From Paramecium tetraurelia (taxonomy: Eukaryota), in assembly GCA_000165425.1 (NCBI GenBank), contig CT868000.1:1-64000 (forward strand): a stretch of 64,000 nucleotides of DNA. The letters run 5' to 3'. Made by a program: the position numbers and the translations under genes. Below are positions 16,548 through 30,540 of this stretch, in pieces. The notes beneath the pieces were generated by a model. It made no database searches and was not told the origin of the DNA. It saw nothing but the letters and a program-made list of their open reading frames with translations. Numbering within the stretch: the stretch's first letter is position 1; the number at the start of each line of letters is the position of its first letter.

Positions 16548-17492
16548 CACTCACCTATTAAAATTTAATGTAATATTAAATTATGGAAATCAAGATAAGA
16601 TGTTAATTATACATGTAATATTAATTTAAATTACCTAAGTAGACAATCGAATCAAAAGAATTTGTTAATTTCTTAAAAATAATATGAATACCAATTATAA
16701 ATCGAACTATTAAATTTAAATTCTCATCCAGAATTAGACGTCTTGACTACTATACAGATTTAATTAATTTCTTGTTCTAATAATTTATAATTTATTCAAA
16801 CAAAATAAATGAAACTAAATCTTATATTCTCACTCTGATTCTCCAACTCAAAAAACTGGAAATTACTAAAAATCTGTTTGAATTCATTTTACTATCATTA
16901 AACTGAATATACAATTTGTAACAACTTCATAATGATCTAGATGTACATCCTGATGAGGAGATGGCAAATCTATATTATGAATATTGAAATTATAAGGATG
17001 CCTAAATATTAAGAAGTCTACCATTAAGAAAATGAATATTTTCTTTTTTTCAATATTATTTTATAGAAGCAATGAACAAGAGAACTCTCACTTTAAGATT
17101 AATTATGTTAAAATTTATATTCCTCCCTTTTAAAAGATAATATCAACAAATATATTTATTATAAAATAATACTCAATTATTCTTATTTTAATATCATCTA
17201 ATTATTAATTATGATATAATTATGTAATTGACAATTAAAAAGTATTGCAATATTAATTTCTAAAATATCAGCCTCTGATGAGTTTATATTTGTAATTTAT
17301 TGTATCAATTTTGTCGAATATAAGTGTTTGAACAAAATCACAGAAATTGTAAAAACTGACTATGTTCCAATTTGAATTATATTTAATCACATCCTGTATA
17401 GATTTATTGGATTGTTTTGAAGATGAATAATTTGAAACATGAGGGTTATATATTAATGAATAAAATATTTATTTAACAATAATACAATATTA

Positions 17493-19384
17493 ATGTTTTC
17501 AAATACAAACTCATAATTCCAAAATCCTCAAACATCCTAATATGGCGGCTATAGTCAAACAGTTCCGATAAGTAAGTGATATGAATATAGTAGTAAATTA
17601 ATCATAAGTGGGGAAACCTGTGTACCAGCCTCAATAGCCTTAGCCGATGGAAGTAGAAATGAAAATATACAGGGGATAGAATCAGGTTTCTGAGATGTAG
17701 GTTCATAATCCATAACCCATAAAATAAAATGCATCTTAAATTGTAGTGCAGAATCAGTTTCACGATTCGTCTTCGGTGAAATAAAATTAGAAAGTGTCTT
17801 ATGTAATATATTTGAATTTAATATGGTTAGTTAATAGATTGGGTAATGTACTTTTTGCCAATAGGATTCATCATATTAATTTTGATTGTTATGTCATGCA
17901 TGGTTGGTGCAAAGATAAAGCATTTTAATCCCGAGGGAGCACATAATACATTATCAACTTTGAAAGATAACTTATCGAAGAATCCAATTGAAGATTTAGT
18001 GGAAGGCAATGAAGTAGCATCACATACGACAATGATTGATTATTTCAGACACAAGGATATCGCATGTCCTGATGGTTATGAAATAGCACAAATAGGAAAA
18101 TGGGATGGAGTTAAGTCTGGTTGTTTATGTGAAAATGGAGAGACCAGTCATTCTACCACATGTTTTTATAAGTCATCATGCAAAAGAGTGAAATCTCATG
18201 ATTCTGTAGATCTCAAAATTTGGTAATAGAAGAGTTTCTGCATTAAAAAGTATGAAGACTGGCATCAACTAACTGGAGTCGCTTGTGATAATGGATATAA
18301 GTTATGCGGAAATATTTGTGTGCCTATGACAAGAAGATGTCCATTGTCCAATCTAGTGAAGGATAATAGTAGATCAAACGATGAACATGCTATTAAAATA
18401 GGCAGTGATCATTTCATTAAGAAATTTGAAGATTCTGAGCCAGTCGTAGATTTGTAATTGGTTCCTGGATTGGGTTAGAGTGAATCATCGCCTTGTTATA
18501 ATCACGATTTGAATCCAAGGTTTTAATCAGAAAAATATTATCCTTTTGCAAAAAGAGCTGAGAAAGGGTGTGATCAGTATTTGGATCTTCAGAATCATAG
18601 AACTACTTTGAATACTTTTGAAATTCACAAAGTGTTTGAACAGAATGATTTAAATGATGTTCTGAATCAATTGCCATTTTATCAAAGTTACATGAGTAAT
18701 GAAGATACCTATGCATTTGAATTAATCAAGAGAATTAAAATAAATTCGATTCAGGATTGTTAAAAACTAAAACCAAATCAAGTAGATAAGATTTCTTCAA
18801 GTAGCAAAAGTGTGTATCATGCTGAATAATACCTCTCTTTCATAATTTTATTGATTGCAGCAATGGCTCTATTTTTAGTGCCAATTCTATATCTAATTAG
18901 GAATAGAGTATGAATATTACATAAATATATATAGGTGTTTGAATGGAAGGATATGACAGAGTTCAGATAACCAAGATTTTTCTGTGGTAGTGCTGCTGTT
19001 ATTGCTACTCTCTGTGTGGTGTTGGGAGCAATCTATTTGTATCATGTAGATGGGAATGTAATTTAATCAATTTTAATTTCAGGATGGATTAAAGGAACAT
19101 AACCACGTGTTCTAGACATATTTAGAAAAGAGTTGCTTTTAAGATTAAGGATTGATATTGGTATGTATCAATTAATTAAATTATAGGCTGTTGATTAAGT
19201 TAATACTTTTGCAAAGAATGTGTATCACTCTACTTATAGTTATGTGATATTTGCGTTTTATGGAAGTATTTGCTATTTTGTGATATTGGCTCTGTTAATG
19301 ATTTATTAATTCTGGTAACACAAGAGTAATTTTGAAAATCCTTGGTAGTACAGAATCTAGAAACAATATTATGAATTTTATTGA
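17493..19384 (+). CDS. Multi-pass membrane protein with Cys-rich extracellular domain
   Basis: Q/P-rich N-terminus joined through 22- and 28-nt introns to a TM, then CPDGYE..KWDGVKSGCLC, further Cys motifs and three C-terminal hydrophobic segments. Confidence 0.75.
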
Positions 19385-19426
19385 GACAAATTATAATTGT
19401 TTATTTATTAATATTGATTAATTATT

Positions 19427-20083
19427 ATGGAGCAAAGCAAAAACATTTATCATCTCAAAAACACTATCAACAAAAATACTCATTACTTTCTCAAACCTAA
19501 AAATGCAGCCTTGAACTCTCTCTTGGATACTTATATCTTATAGGATTATGGTGGAATCAATGTTAGTTATCAATTACCAAAAATACGTAATCTATCATAA
19601 CAATAAATACTCATGGATATCGAAAGTAAACGCAAGCTCTCTGTTCAAAATATTCAAAAATTGGGTTCCCAAAGGAATCTCAATCGGTTAGTTCGATCCT
19701 AAACTATCGATGAACCTGCATGTAGAAAAGCAACTGACATCATTGAATCTTGCGAAAAGATTATCACACTTCAAAAGAAGAAAGAAACAGAATTCAAAGT
19801 TAAGCAATCAAGAGAGGATGATGAATACAAAGCTATTCGTAAGGCTGACAAATTGCACAAGTTAATACAGGAACAAATATATTAATGCAACAAGGAAGAT
19901 TTAGACAATGCAAATAAAAAGGCTATCTTATATATTAGGGAAAATACTGTCACTATTGATAAAGACAGATTTATACAAAAATGTAATAGGGAAAGATTTT
20001 AGTTATAATAATTTCGAGAAAGACCTCGAAAAGAGAAGGAACACAAACGATTCAGAACTAATTATCACTTATTAGATCTCTGA
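19427..20083 (+). CDS. Hypothetical protein (218 aa)
   Basis: Open code-6 frame from ATG 19427 to TGA 20081-20083. Confidence 0.7.
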
Positions 20084-20114
20084 TATGTTTTATTAATTTT
20101 GTAATTTAATTTAT

Positions 20115-21651
20115 ATGTTTTATTAATTTTTCTAATCCAAAAACAATCCATCACTCTCTCGTTTAAGTGCCATTAGAACAACTGAAAGAACCTATGATGC
20201 ATTACAAGTATCTGCTAATGTTTGTAACAATCACGAAAGAATTGTGACAGAACCATCCACAAATGATTGCTACTTGGTAAAAAAATAAACATTTGGTTCG
20301 AGACATCAAAAGAATAAACTCAATATTCTTATAAACAATATTCAAAATACATTTAAAGAAGAAATCGAGAAAATCAAAGAAGAAGCCAAATTAAAATTGG
20401 TGGATCCATAAATACATATGTAATTATAGGTTTTTTTGATTCATTTAGTTAAGATATCCTCTCAAATAGCAAAGAAGACGTCGAACTTTTAATCTACAAA
20501 TTAAAAAAGATATTGATTAACAAATCCAAGCGATCTTATTGTGTTGACATTATTTAAGAAATCAATCATTTCATAACCAAATTAAAAAATCTAGGTATCC
20601 ATCATATTCACAATATTCCAAGATATCAAAATCCTTGTCACTCTCACACTTGCTAAAATTGCCAAATATTATAATCTCTTGTATTACTCTATTTCCCTTG
20701 CTAAAAATGCCAAAAGATTGTCAGACTCAGAAGCACTACTCAAATACAAACTTAAAGCATACAGCATTTTATCGTAATGTTTTCTTAAGCTAAGACTTAA
20801 ATAAGCCAAAATATATATCACCAAATATTTGATGTGCAGTTGGAAACTAAAATTAGTCAATTCTGAATTCAAAGGCTATGAATAATTAGGGAAGTATTAT
20901 TATTATGAAGGCAACATCAAAATGGCTTAATTGTTCCATGACAGAATGCTAAATGGCGAATCTTTGGTAATCCTATTATACTATTTAATCTAGAAATTTG
21001 ATTCCTCTCTGAAAAGGCTAGCGATTTCTAAATTTGAGTAAGGATCGATAGGAAAGAGTAAGAAGGATAACCACATTATTGATGAAAATAATTTAGATAT
21101 TTCCTCAGACGACGAACCTTTTGAAATAATCTTTAATTAAGATTCAAATGATGTTAAAATAAATACAAATAAAATAGTGGCCTCTTATAGAAAAAAAAAT
21201 AGACTACTAAACTTTTCGATAAGACAATAGCCTTTATATAACAAAACAACTATCAAAAAAGCTTAGCAAGAAGTCAAAAATGCTAATCTTTTTATTAGGT
21301 ATAATAATTAACAATAGTGATAGATCTCCCAAGTAATAGAATGTAAATTCGTTGTTTACAGAATAAGGTAATTTGGACTTATAAAAACTCAAAAGCCTCC
21401 CTCATTCTCATCTTAGATTAGGAGAACTTAAAACTCCTGTAATGTTAAATCATCTAAGTCCAAATAGATGTTTAGTCAATTACCAATCATTAGAATTGAA
21501 TAAATCACCTCAATCTAATAGGAAGGCAGAAGAAGTTGATCTGCTTTTTGATGTCGGTGATGTTCATAAGATGTCCAAAATCCTTAACAAAATAATCACT
21601 ATTCTTACTAAAATAGATGAATGGCTTTAAACGCAGAATGAATTAATATGA
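20115..21651 (+). CDS. TPR-like helical repeat protein
   Basis: Helical repeats KLKAYSILSQCFLKL and GYEQLGKYYYYEGNIKMAQLFH, plus a C-terminal LNHLSPNR. Tiny introns. An alternative in-frame ATG lies at 20085. Confidence 0.7.
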
Positions 21652-21710
21652 TAATATGATTATATATTACATAAATAATTTAAAATATTAATAAGTCACT
21701 TACCTCTAAT

Positions 21711-22753
21711 ATGAGCAATAAAAAGTAAGACTAGCCCTTGGCAAATGCTTAGAATAGATAGAGAGGTGATTAAAAATAAATCTCGTTTTTTAAATCCAAA
21801 CTGTCTGGATTGTCACCTTTGAATAAATTCAGCCCTTTCAAGGAATCAAGCACTTATTAGCTATTCAATAAGAATTATGCCTCTGTTGATTTCACATAAC
21901 AAAAGTATCAAGTTAAAATTTCAAAGACAGCCCTTATTCAAATCAATTAAATAAAGATCTAAGCAAAAAGAACTGTCATCTTTTGATTCCTAGAGAAGTC
22001 CTCATAAATCTCCCAACACTAGCAATTAGTAATTTTATGTTGATTTTGTGAAGCTCCTCAAGACAAACTACTTAGAAGAAAGACTATACCTCAAGAATAT
22101 AGTAAGTAAAGAGATAGGAATAGTAAGTGAATTATAGTAATTTTAGGAAAATACCATATGATTCACTGAAATCTTAGAACATCTACATAGAGAGTTAAAA
22201 ATCCATATCTTAAGCATTGAAACAATATCAGAAGCCAGAAGATATGTAAAATTACATTCACAATTAGGAAATTGATTTTGGGATTAAAAAGCTTAATAAG
22301 AAAAGAGAAATAGGTGATCTTGAACGATGTGGACTAAGTGATCAAACAAACCGATAAATATCAATCCAAAATCACAGAAATAGTAAGTATTCCCCTTTAC
22401 TTTAATAGACGAATGACCAGGAGGAGTTGAAGAAACAATATCAAAAAATGACTCAAGATGAACATTAAAGTATAGAGATATATGGGGAAACCATTTCTAA
22501 ATACAACAAAGCCATATAATTATTACATGAATTATAAATTGATTACGATTCACTGTTACCAGAATTATGTATATACTTTTTGAAATTGTTGTTAGAGAAT
22601 GATTAAACTGAAGAGTCCTTAAAAAATGTGTAATAAGAGGAGAACAAGGATGAAACAATATTACTTCAATAGTTTATCATAAAAAAACTAGTTAATAAAA
22701 TAGAAGAATCCAAATCACTCAATCAATAACTAATTTCAAAGATCAAATAATGA
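21711..22753 (+). CDS. Hypothetical coiled-coil protein
   Basis: Code-6 coding sequence with tiny introns, from ATG 21711 to TGA 22751-22753. Exon structure only partly resolved. Confidence 0.6.
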
Positions 22754-22834
22754 TATTGAAGGCATTTTCAATAGAGAGTTGTAAATATATATATCAATTT
22801 ATTATAATTTCAATTATTTTCCCAATATTTTCTA

Positions 22835-23786
22835 ATGCAACAATCCCAAACTATTCTCAACTACTTGAATGGAAATTATCTGCTCACCAGTAGTACTGAG
22901 AATCAAGTTGTCACTCTAGAATTTGATTCACAATATTACAGTCCTTGCTTTCACTTTTTACATTACTAATTATTTAATCACCTTAATAGTACAAGGTAAT
23001 AAAATACTCTAGTATAGACCACTCCTAATTATAGATTTAGAGTTCAACTTCAGATCACTATGGAAGAATATATATTCTAGCATTGAATATTCTGAATAAA
23101 ATGGATTTAAGAAATATGTGAATAATATGTATTTCATCAACAAGGAGGATTCTTTGAATGAAGTCTTAAAATAAATCGTGGCAGATAATATCAAAAGCCT
23201 AGAGGTTTTGATTTCAGGAGTAGAATTAACTGAAATATCAATTTTCAACATGATTAGAGAAATACTCAAATAACCATTTCGATCCTAGATTAGTGTATTG
23301 ATTCCTAAAGAATTTAAACACAGAGAATTAAAAACTATTTAAAGTATTTCAAATTGTAGAATGATAATTGAATAATTGTTGGAGAGTGATGAGAAGATAT
23401 AAAAGAGTGAGAAAGAATTCAAAATCTATAATTTAATGGTTACTATGGTTCTAAAAAAGTCTAATGGACATTCCTTCCTAAAGAATTATATTATAGATGG
23501 TAAGGAGTTGTTGAAAACTAAATTAAAAATTAATAAAATAAAAAAGGAAATTAAGAAAGACGACTAATTGGATGTTACTAAGAAAATAGGTGCAACTTTC
23601 AATTTGAATTTGAGTCAGGAGTAAAAGATGATGAAAAATGAGATTGACAATTAAATTAATCCTTACAAGGAAATCATTTCATAAGAAAATGTCCCGTTGA
23701 TTTATTAAAATGAAGGAGATGAGAAGAGAATAATTTTGGACGATGAATAGGAGGATTTCGAAGAAGTGGAAGAGTATGAAGGATGA
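22835..23786 (+). CDS. ELP5: Elongator subunit 5-like protein
   Basis: RecA-like alternation of hydrophobic strands and helices. The C-terminal GATFNLNLSQEQK followed by an acidic tail is typical of Elp5. One 22-nt intron. Confidence 0.55.
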
Positions 23787-23828
23787 AATGATATTTCAAA
23801 TAAATCTTATTAATTTATACTGTATAAA

Positions 23829-25707
23829 ATGATTGTATACATAATTATAGTTAGAAAGATTGACATCTTTCAAAATTTCTACTCCTTAAAACAATTTATA
23901 ACAATATTAAATTAAAAAGACTTTTAATCGTAAAATCTCGCCTATCATGAAAAAGACAACTCTAAATTATTCATGTACAAGTAATGAAGTCCATTAATAT
24001 GTTGAACATAGATTTATTCTAAAAGTAAAACTAATTTGACAATGTCAATATTGGTATTTTCATTGACAAAGAAAACTCCTATGCTGGATTGCAAAAGAAG
24101 AAGAAGCTTCAAAATAGAGACACAACCAATCAAACCTAGCAAAAGACAGATTTAAGATCAAATAGTGCCTTATAGAAATCATCATCACTCTCTTAATTTT
24201 ATCGACCTTCATCCTCAAATGATAAACATTCTTATTAACACTAGAATACATATGCATACTTAAAAGACATGAAAAACTAATCATGTACTTAGTAACTTTA
24301 GTAGAGTAGTTATTAGAAGCGTCACACTTCCTCTAAACAAGTCAAAGAACACAATTCTAAATAAGTCTAATACCCTTATAATATTTAATTGAGAGTAAAT
24401 TCACTTGAGATTTATGAGGACAAGAAGCTTAAACTTAAATTGATGAAGAGTAGTTTAGAAAAACAACAAAATCTGAAATCAAAAGATTACTCAGAATTTA
24501 ACAATTAATAAATTTAGGACATTAAGACAGAAAATTAAAAATACTAAGGATTATTGGCTAAATACTTTCAAATTAATTAACATAAAAGTGCTGATGAGAA
24601 GAAACAATCAAAAGATGTAAAACAAATTTATAATATGTATCCTTAAATCAAAGATATTAAACATTGCTATACAAATTCATTAAAATAAACTCAAGAAAAG
24701 AAGAGAGGGCAACTTTAGGAATTTGTAACTTAATTAAATGTAGACACCTTCAGAGATACATAAAAATTATAAATGAGTAATACTCTCATCAAATCTGATA
24801 GATAAAAATTGAATGATGTCAAATCAACCCACTTAAACAAAATTAGTGTGACTTAAGAAAATGAACCTGTAAAAACAAATCATCTTATCATACTTAGTTT
24901 CTATATTACATATCTTCAGTTATATCAGCATTAAACATCAAGGAATAAAATAAATATGACGAGAAAGTAAGGGATCACCTTGCCTAAACCTACTAAGTAA
25001 AATAGACTTTTATATCAAGGGGTTATTGTTTGCAGGTCAATTTGATTTGAATTTTGATGAGGATAAAATAGTAAGTCTTCCAAGATCGAATAATTTAAAA
25101 ACTATTGTTTTTGATTTAGATGAAACATTAATTCATTGTAATGAAAATGCATAGATTCCTGGAGATGTCATCCTTCCTATTACATTTCCAAATGGTGAAA
25201 CTGTTCAAGCTTCAATAAATATTAGACCTCATGCTTAGAAAGTGCTATAGACACTCTCTAAACATTTTGAGATCATCATCTTCACAGCTTCACATTCTAG
25301 TTATGCCAACATTGTGATTGATTATTTGGATCCCAAAAGATAATGGATATCTCATAGACTGTTCAGAGAAAATTGTGTATAGACACCTGAAGGGGCCTAC
25401 GTTAAAGATTTAAGGTAATGGGATAAGTATTTTTAGAGTATTAGGAAATCGGAAATTATCGAATGTACTTTTAGTAGATAATGCTTCTTATTCTTTTGGT
25501 AAACAGATTGAGAATGGAGTACCAATCATCTCTTTTTACGATAATTATGATGATTAGGAGTTGTTACATTTATAAAACTATTTGTTGAGTTTTAGACACG
25601 AGAAGGATGTGAGAGATTTAAATTAAAGAATGTTAAAATTAAATTAATTTATCAATTATAAAGAGTTAAAGGAACTACTGTAAGGTTTATTTGAGATGTA
25701 CATTTGA
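23829..25707 (+). CDS. SCP/CTDSP-type (NIF/FCP1-homology, HAD) phosphatase with long N-terminal extension; start approximate
   Basis: KTIVFDLDETLIHC (DxDxT), IRPHA, IIFTAS, RLFRENC, YVKDLRVLG, LVDN, IENGVPI. Confidence 0.9.
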
Positions 25708-25826
25708 TAGGTGTTATTGAGGATGTGATCATACATTGTTTATTTTATATAAATGGCTAGAAATGCACATTAATTATAATTTTATTATTTTCATAAAATT
25801 AGTTAACGAACATAAACAATTTAAAA

Positions 25827-26948
25827 ATGATGAATGTTTCAAAATGTAGTAAATGTTCAAAGGTGCCAGATGATATCCTTATGTTGACATGTAGTCATGA
25901 TTTATGTTTATTATGTGCAGCCAAATCATTTTCAATGCAGCAGCCTAAAAGAAGCAAAAAAGTAAAATACACTATTAATGATTGAATAGTTTTTTGTTTG
26001 TGACATTTGTTCATCTAATACAGAATTAGATGCCAATAGTGTTTATGAATTAGAAAAGCTACATTTAACCAATGCCATTTAGGATAGATCTAATCGTAAA
26101 CCTGGTCAATAGTCCAAATCCAATTTATCAATTGAGAAATAAGTTAAACCTCGTTCACAGACTAGATAAGATAACAAAGAGAATGCTAAAGAGAAATCTG
26201 TTAAATACACTAATTAAACAATGGAAGCCAGAGTTTCTATACATCAATCTCAAAGGAAGATGAGTAAGCAACAGAGTGAAAATTCATTCATTTCACAGCC
26301 AAGAGGAATGTGTGCTGATCATCCTGAAGAGGAAGTGTCATACTTCTGTTTTGATTGCAATAGCAAATGTATTTGTCCAGAATGCATCATACATGGAATT
26401 CACAAGAATCACGAAGTTAAAACAATCAAGAAATCATATCCAATTGTGAGGAAATAATTAGAAGATCAATTGGAATAGAATAATCAATGTATAATACAAG
26501 TTGAAAATTACAGGCAAGACTTGGAAAAGAAGTAGATACAATAACAAGCAATTCAAGATCATTTGAAGTTACAAATAGCCCAAGAATTTTAGGTATAAAT
26601 TACATCCAAATTTAGATTTTACATCAATTGTTGAATAATAAATAAAGTGAATTGCTTGAAAAAGTGGATAATTTACCTACAATTATGGAATAATAGGAAG
26701 GATATATAAATAGACTCAATGAAGTTGAAATCAAAGTCTAAAATTTTAATGAGAAAATTAATGACATGATAGATTCCAAGGATGAATGTGGATTACTCAA
26801 TTATTATGGATCAATTTATGGTCAAACAACACCACAACTGCCACCACTTCCCAACATTAAGGAAGTGCAACTATCAAATTAAATATTTTCATAAATTAAT
26901 GACGCTAAAAAGTTACTTGGAGGTATGGATATTGATTGTAATTAATGA
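25827..26948 (+). CDS. RING + B-box + coiled-coil (TRIM-like) protein
   Basis: CSKC..LTCSHDLCLLC..CDIC RING; CADHPEEEVSYFCFDC..CICPECIIHGIHKNH B-box; Q/E-rich coiled coil. Confidence 0.85.
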
Positions 26949-26972
26949 TATAACTCCATCAATTAAACTATT

Positions 26973-28717
26973 TCATAATCTTCCTTTCAAAATAGTTGGC
27001 CCCACTATCTCACCTATCCTATTAAGCAATTCTGTCTCATTGTATTATTTCAAATAAGCCAAAATGTCTGTTTCATCTAACAATTTGATTGGTAATCGCT
27101 TAACAATCTTCAACTCCTGTAATCCTTCGATCAAACATTATAAAATGAAATGTCTTTGCCAATCAATGTATTTCAGGCATGAAGATATCAAAACGATCAT
27201 TTATTTTAATAGTTATTCATCTGGCGATAAAATGGAGATTTACTTAAAACACATAGTAATCCCAAGTAAAGTTTAAGATTGATGTTTACTGACAACCTTA
27301 TCCTTCCCTCCTTGAGCTTCTAGACTTTTCTATAAATGAGTTTGTGCCTCTTCTGTGTTTGGCACAACTCCAACAAAATCTTAATAGGCTAATTCCTTAT
27401 CCTTAACCACTTATACTTTCTATTGTAAATTCTTGATTAAATCAGTATGATCTTTGAACAATGCTAGTATTTTTGCACAAAACTCCTTGCATTCCAAAGG
27501 CACATCACTTAGATGGAATAAGCAATTGTCAACGATCTATTGTTGATATGGTAAAACTTCATTCATATGTAATCTGCTTATGTGATACATCAAACTAAAC
27601 CCAGCCTATCTGACTATGGGATCAGTTTCAAATAAGGTGCAGTTTTGAGCTGCTTTCAATATTTCCTTATGTGGTAATACATTTGGTGTTTATTTCATGA
27701 ACAAGGTTATTGTTTAAAGAGTTGATAAACCACTACTCCTTATTTAATAATATCGACTTGTTGTGCAATGATAATTATAAATGAGGCATTCTTTAAGGAA
27801 TCTATCTCTGATAATTGTAATTAAACCCAAAATAGGAGGACCTCCAACTGAAGGAAAATGTTGCTAAGCAATATTGGCAGCAATTTCCATCAAATTATCA
27901 GTATGGCAATTGTTGAGTAAAGGTATCAAGAAGCAGTCTTTATTTTTGGGATTCAGAATTTAGTATTCCTTGAGTGCTTGCATTCTCACTTCAAGTGATT
28001 CATCCATCAATCCTTATTAAATGGTGGCAATAATAATGGCTTTGTATTCATTTCCTTCAAAGAATTGAAAGAGATTATGAACGAATTTCTAGGCGTATAG
28101 TCTAACATATTTATTCTAGTGTCTTGCTATCCTTTGAATGATTTCAATCACTTCGATAACTTTGTCCATATTGTATTTTTGCTCTAGGAATAATTCCATT
28201 ACTCCCAATAAACCTTAGATGTAGTACTCCTTTCTGTTTGTGAAATAATATTTATTCATAAACATTGGTTCCATCACCTTAATTTTGTTTTGCATGTCTG
28301 GAAACTACTCTTTGAGCAAAGTTTATGCAAATTTAAAGCTTTGATTATACATAATGAAGGTATCATCCCAAATTATCACATTAATCAGCAAATCTAAAAC
28401 TTGAGAGCTTAATTCTTTGAAGTTGTGTTTCTAAACTAATTTTGATATCACCGATATTGTTAGCTCTTAGACTCGATTGTCTTAATGTTGCAATAGTTTT
28501 AATAGTGAATTTTATAATACTTACAAGACTCTGTCTTCAGTATCTGCTATAAACTTAAATTCTGATAATTGATTACATTGAAAATTGTCATAGCATTTAA
28601 TATTGTCTATTCGCTTTCGTAAAGGGACTTTGCCTTTTCAAATAGTTCCTCTCTAGACAGACTGCTTGTTCTCAAGTCTTCGACAAAAGAGTTGATATTA
28701 GTCAATTTATTGTCCAT
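26973..28717 (-). CDS. HEAT/ARM-repeat protein
   Basis: HEAT-like segments HQNKYVRLYA, GLMDESLEVRMQA and ETDPIVRQAG. Confidence 0.65.
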
Positions 28718-29727
28718 TTAATATAAATTAAAAAAGAAATAAAATAAAAATGTAATAAAGGTTTAGGTAAACAATGTTATTAGAAATTACAAAGATCTCC
28801 AATTGGTAAGATATTTTCACATTGAATTCTTAGTTTTAATTCTCATTAATTTTTGATGGGTTTCAATATTGGATTAGAGACTGATGGTTCATACTTTGTT
28901 TACTGCTGTTAATATACTGTGCTTTGAGTAGATAGACATATATATAATGATAAATTGGCAATTTTCAATGGTATACAGATAACTTAGTCACTGGGATTAT
29001 ATATAATAATGTTGTCTATTCTTAATGAATTGCTTATATTTTAAATGATATACCATCCTAATTCAGATGATATTTTACTACATCTATTGATCAATTTGAT
29101 GAGACGGCATTTAGTTATGTTTAAACTTCTGTTTGATTTTAAACTATTAATAACGCCTCAAAAAATTCAGTTAATTATTTTTTTGTATACAATATATAGA
29201 ACTAACATGAATACTTAAATAAATCATTTAGTATGTGAATATCCATATTTACTTCCGTAGTTAAACTGCACTTAAAATATGATAAGAAATAAAGCAAAAA
29301 CTTAATGAAAACCAGCAGTTATATCACAAACTTAAGAAATTAAAAACCCAATGTAAAATCATACTTGTACTTAATAAATCTATATTGAATATTTGATCAA
29401 AATATGTTGTTTATATTAATTATAATATTAATTAATCATAATAATTATAATGAAGCTGTAAAACCGAATATATAAAATTTTAAATGCGAGGAAGAAAGCA
29501 AAACATTTTAAAAATATACTTATCTCACCTTGCTTATGTTAATATAAGGATTATAAATAATTCAACACATTATAGAATGAGTACTTAAATTAGAAATGTC
29601 CAAAAAAGTCATTATGATAAAATAGCACGTTAACAACGATTAAATTTAATGAAACTGTAGGTTTAATGGATTTAATCATATTTAAACATAAACATATATA
29701 GATCAAATTGTTGCGAATGAAGATCAT

Positions 29728-29970
29728 TCAATAATGAGGTCTGTTTATACCTAGAATACCACTAATGGTTATTTTATTCTTATTTGCTGCAACTAGACCA
29801 ATTCTTTTTTATCCTGGTTTTAAAATACCAACCACAAAATTGGCAATCATTTAACTGCTCTTATCGTTATCATCATTTGAACAGCAACTATCATCGAATT
29901 CGGAAGAATCTTGTTAACACCACGTCGTTAGATCAGTTGATTGTGAGTTTAGAATTATTTTGTTTTCCAT
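29728..29970 (-). CDS. Small hypothetical protein (80 aa) or gene relic
   Basis: Open frame MENKIILNSQ...GINRPHY*, with higher GC than its flanks. Confidence 0.35.
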
Positions 29971-30152
29971 TATGTTATTTATTTAATTTAAAATTGCTGA
30001 TTCAATCCATATTTCAATTGATAAATAAACTTATTCGTGCAGTTTTACAGAATTATATTATTTAATGCGTCACATTAATTGAAAAATATAAAAACAATAT
30101 TGAAACTAATATAAAAAGCATTATTGAAAAATATTTTATTAATAAATTATAA

Positions 30153-30362
30153 ATGGGAAATACTCAATAAAAAGTATGTTCAGAGGAAGAACAATTAGCA
30201 TAACAACAATAAATGTTGAAATCGAGAATGTTGTACAGGGTCATAAAAAGTCATAAGCGATTGCTTAAAAAATAGGCATTTTGTTTGGGAATCACATTTT
30301 TTCTGATTCTATTGGCATTGATGAATTCTGTGTTATTGTTGTTGTATGATGATGAAAATTGA
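30153..30362 (+). CDS. 69-aa protein with MGN N-terminus and C-terminal TM helix
   Basis: MGNTQQKVCSEEE...AFCLGITFFLILLALMNSVLLLLYDDEN*, with A-rich start context. Confidence 0.65.
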
Positions 30363-30540
30363 TTTTATTTATTGAATAATTCTTAAAACCATAAATTTAA
30401 AGATAGATTAGTTTAGCCTTTAATATAATCAATTTTTACCAATTAAATAATGATGATAATAGCACCAGAATTGATTTATCATGAAATCAACATGCCTTCC
30501 TTAACCTGAAATTTATATATATTTTTTAATAATATTTTTT

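Noticed and set aside
17275..17360. Possible C/D snoRNA (CTGATGA ... CTGA)
   Set aside because: Imperfect box C, no terminal stem and no recognisable rRNA guide. Such motifs are expected by chance in AT-rich DNA.
26973..28717. Vac14 assignment for the HEAT protein
   Set aside because: Only generic HEAT-like motifs were seen and no recognisable Fig4-binding C-terminal domain.
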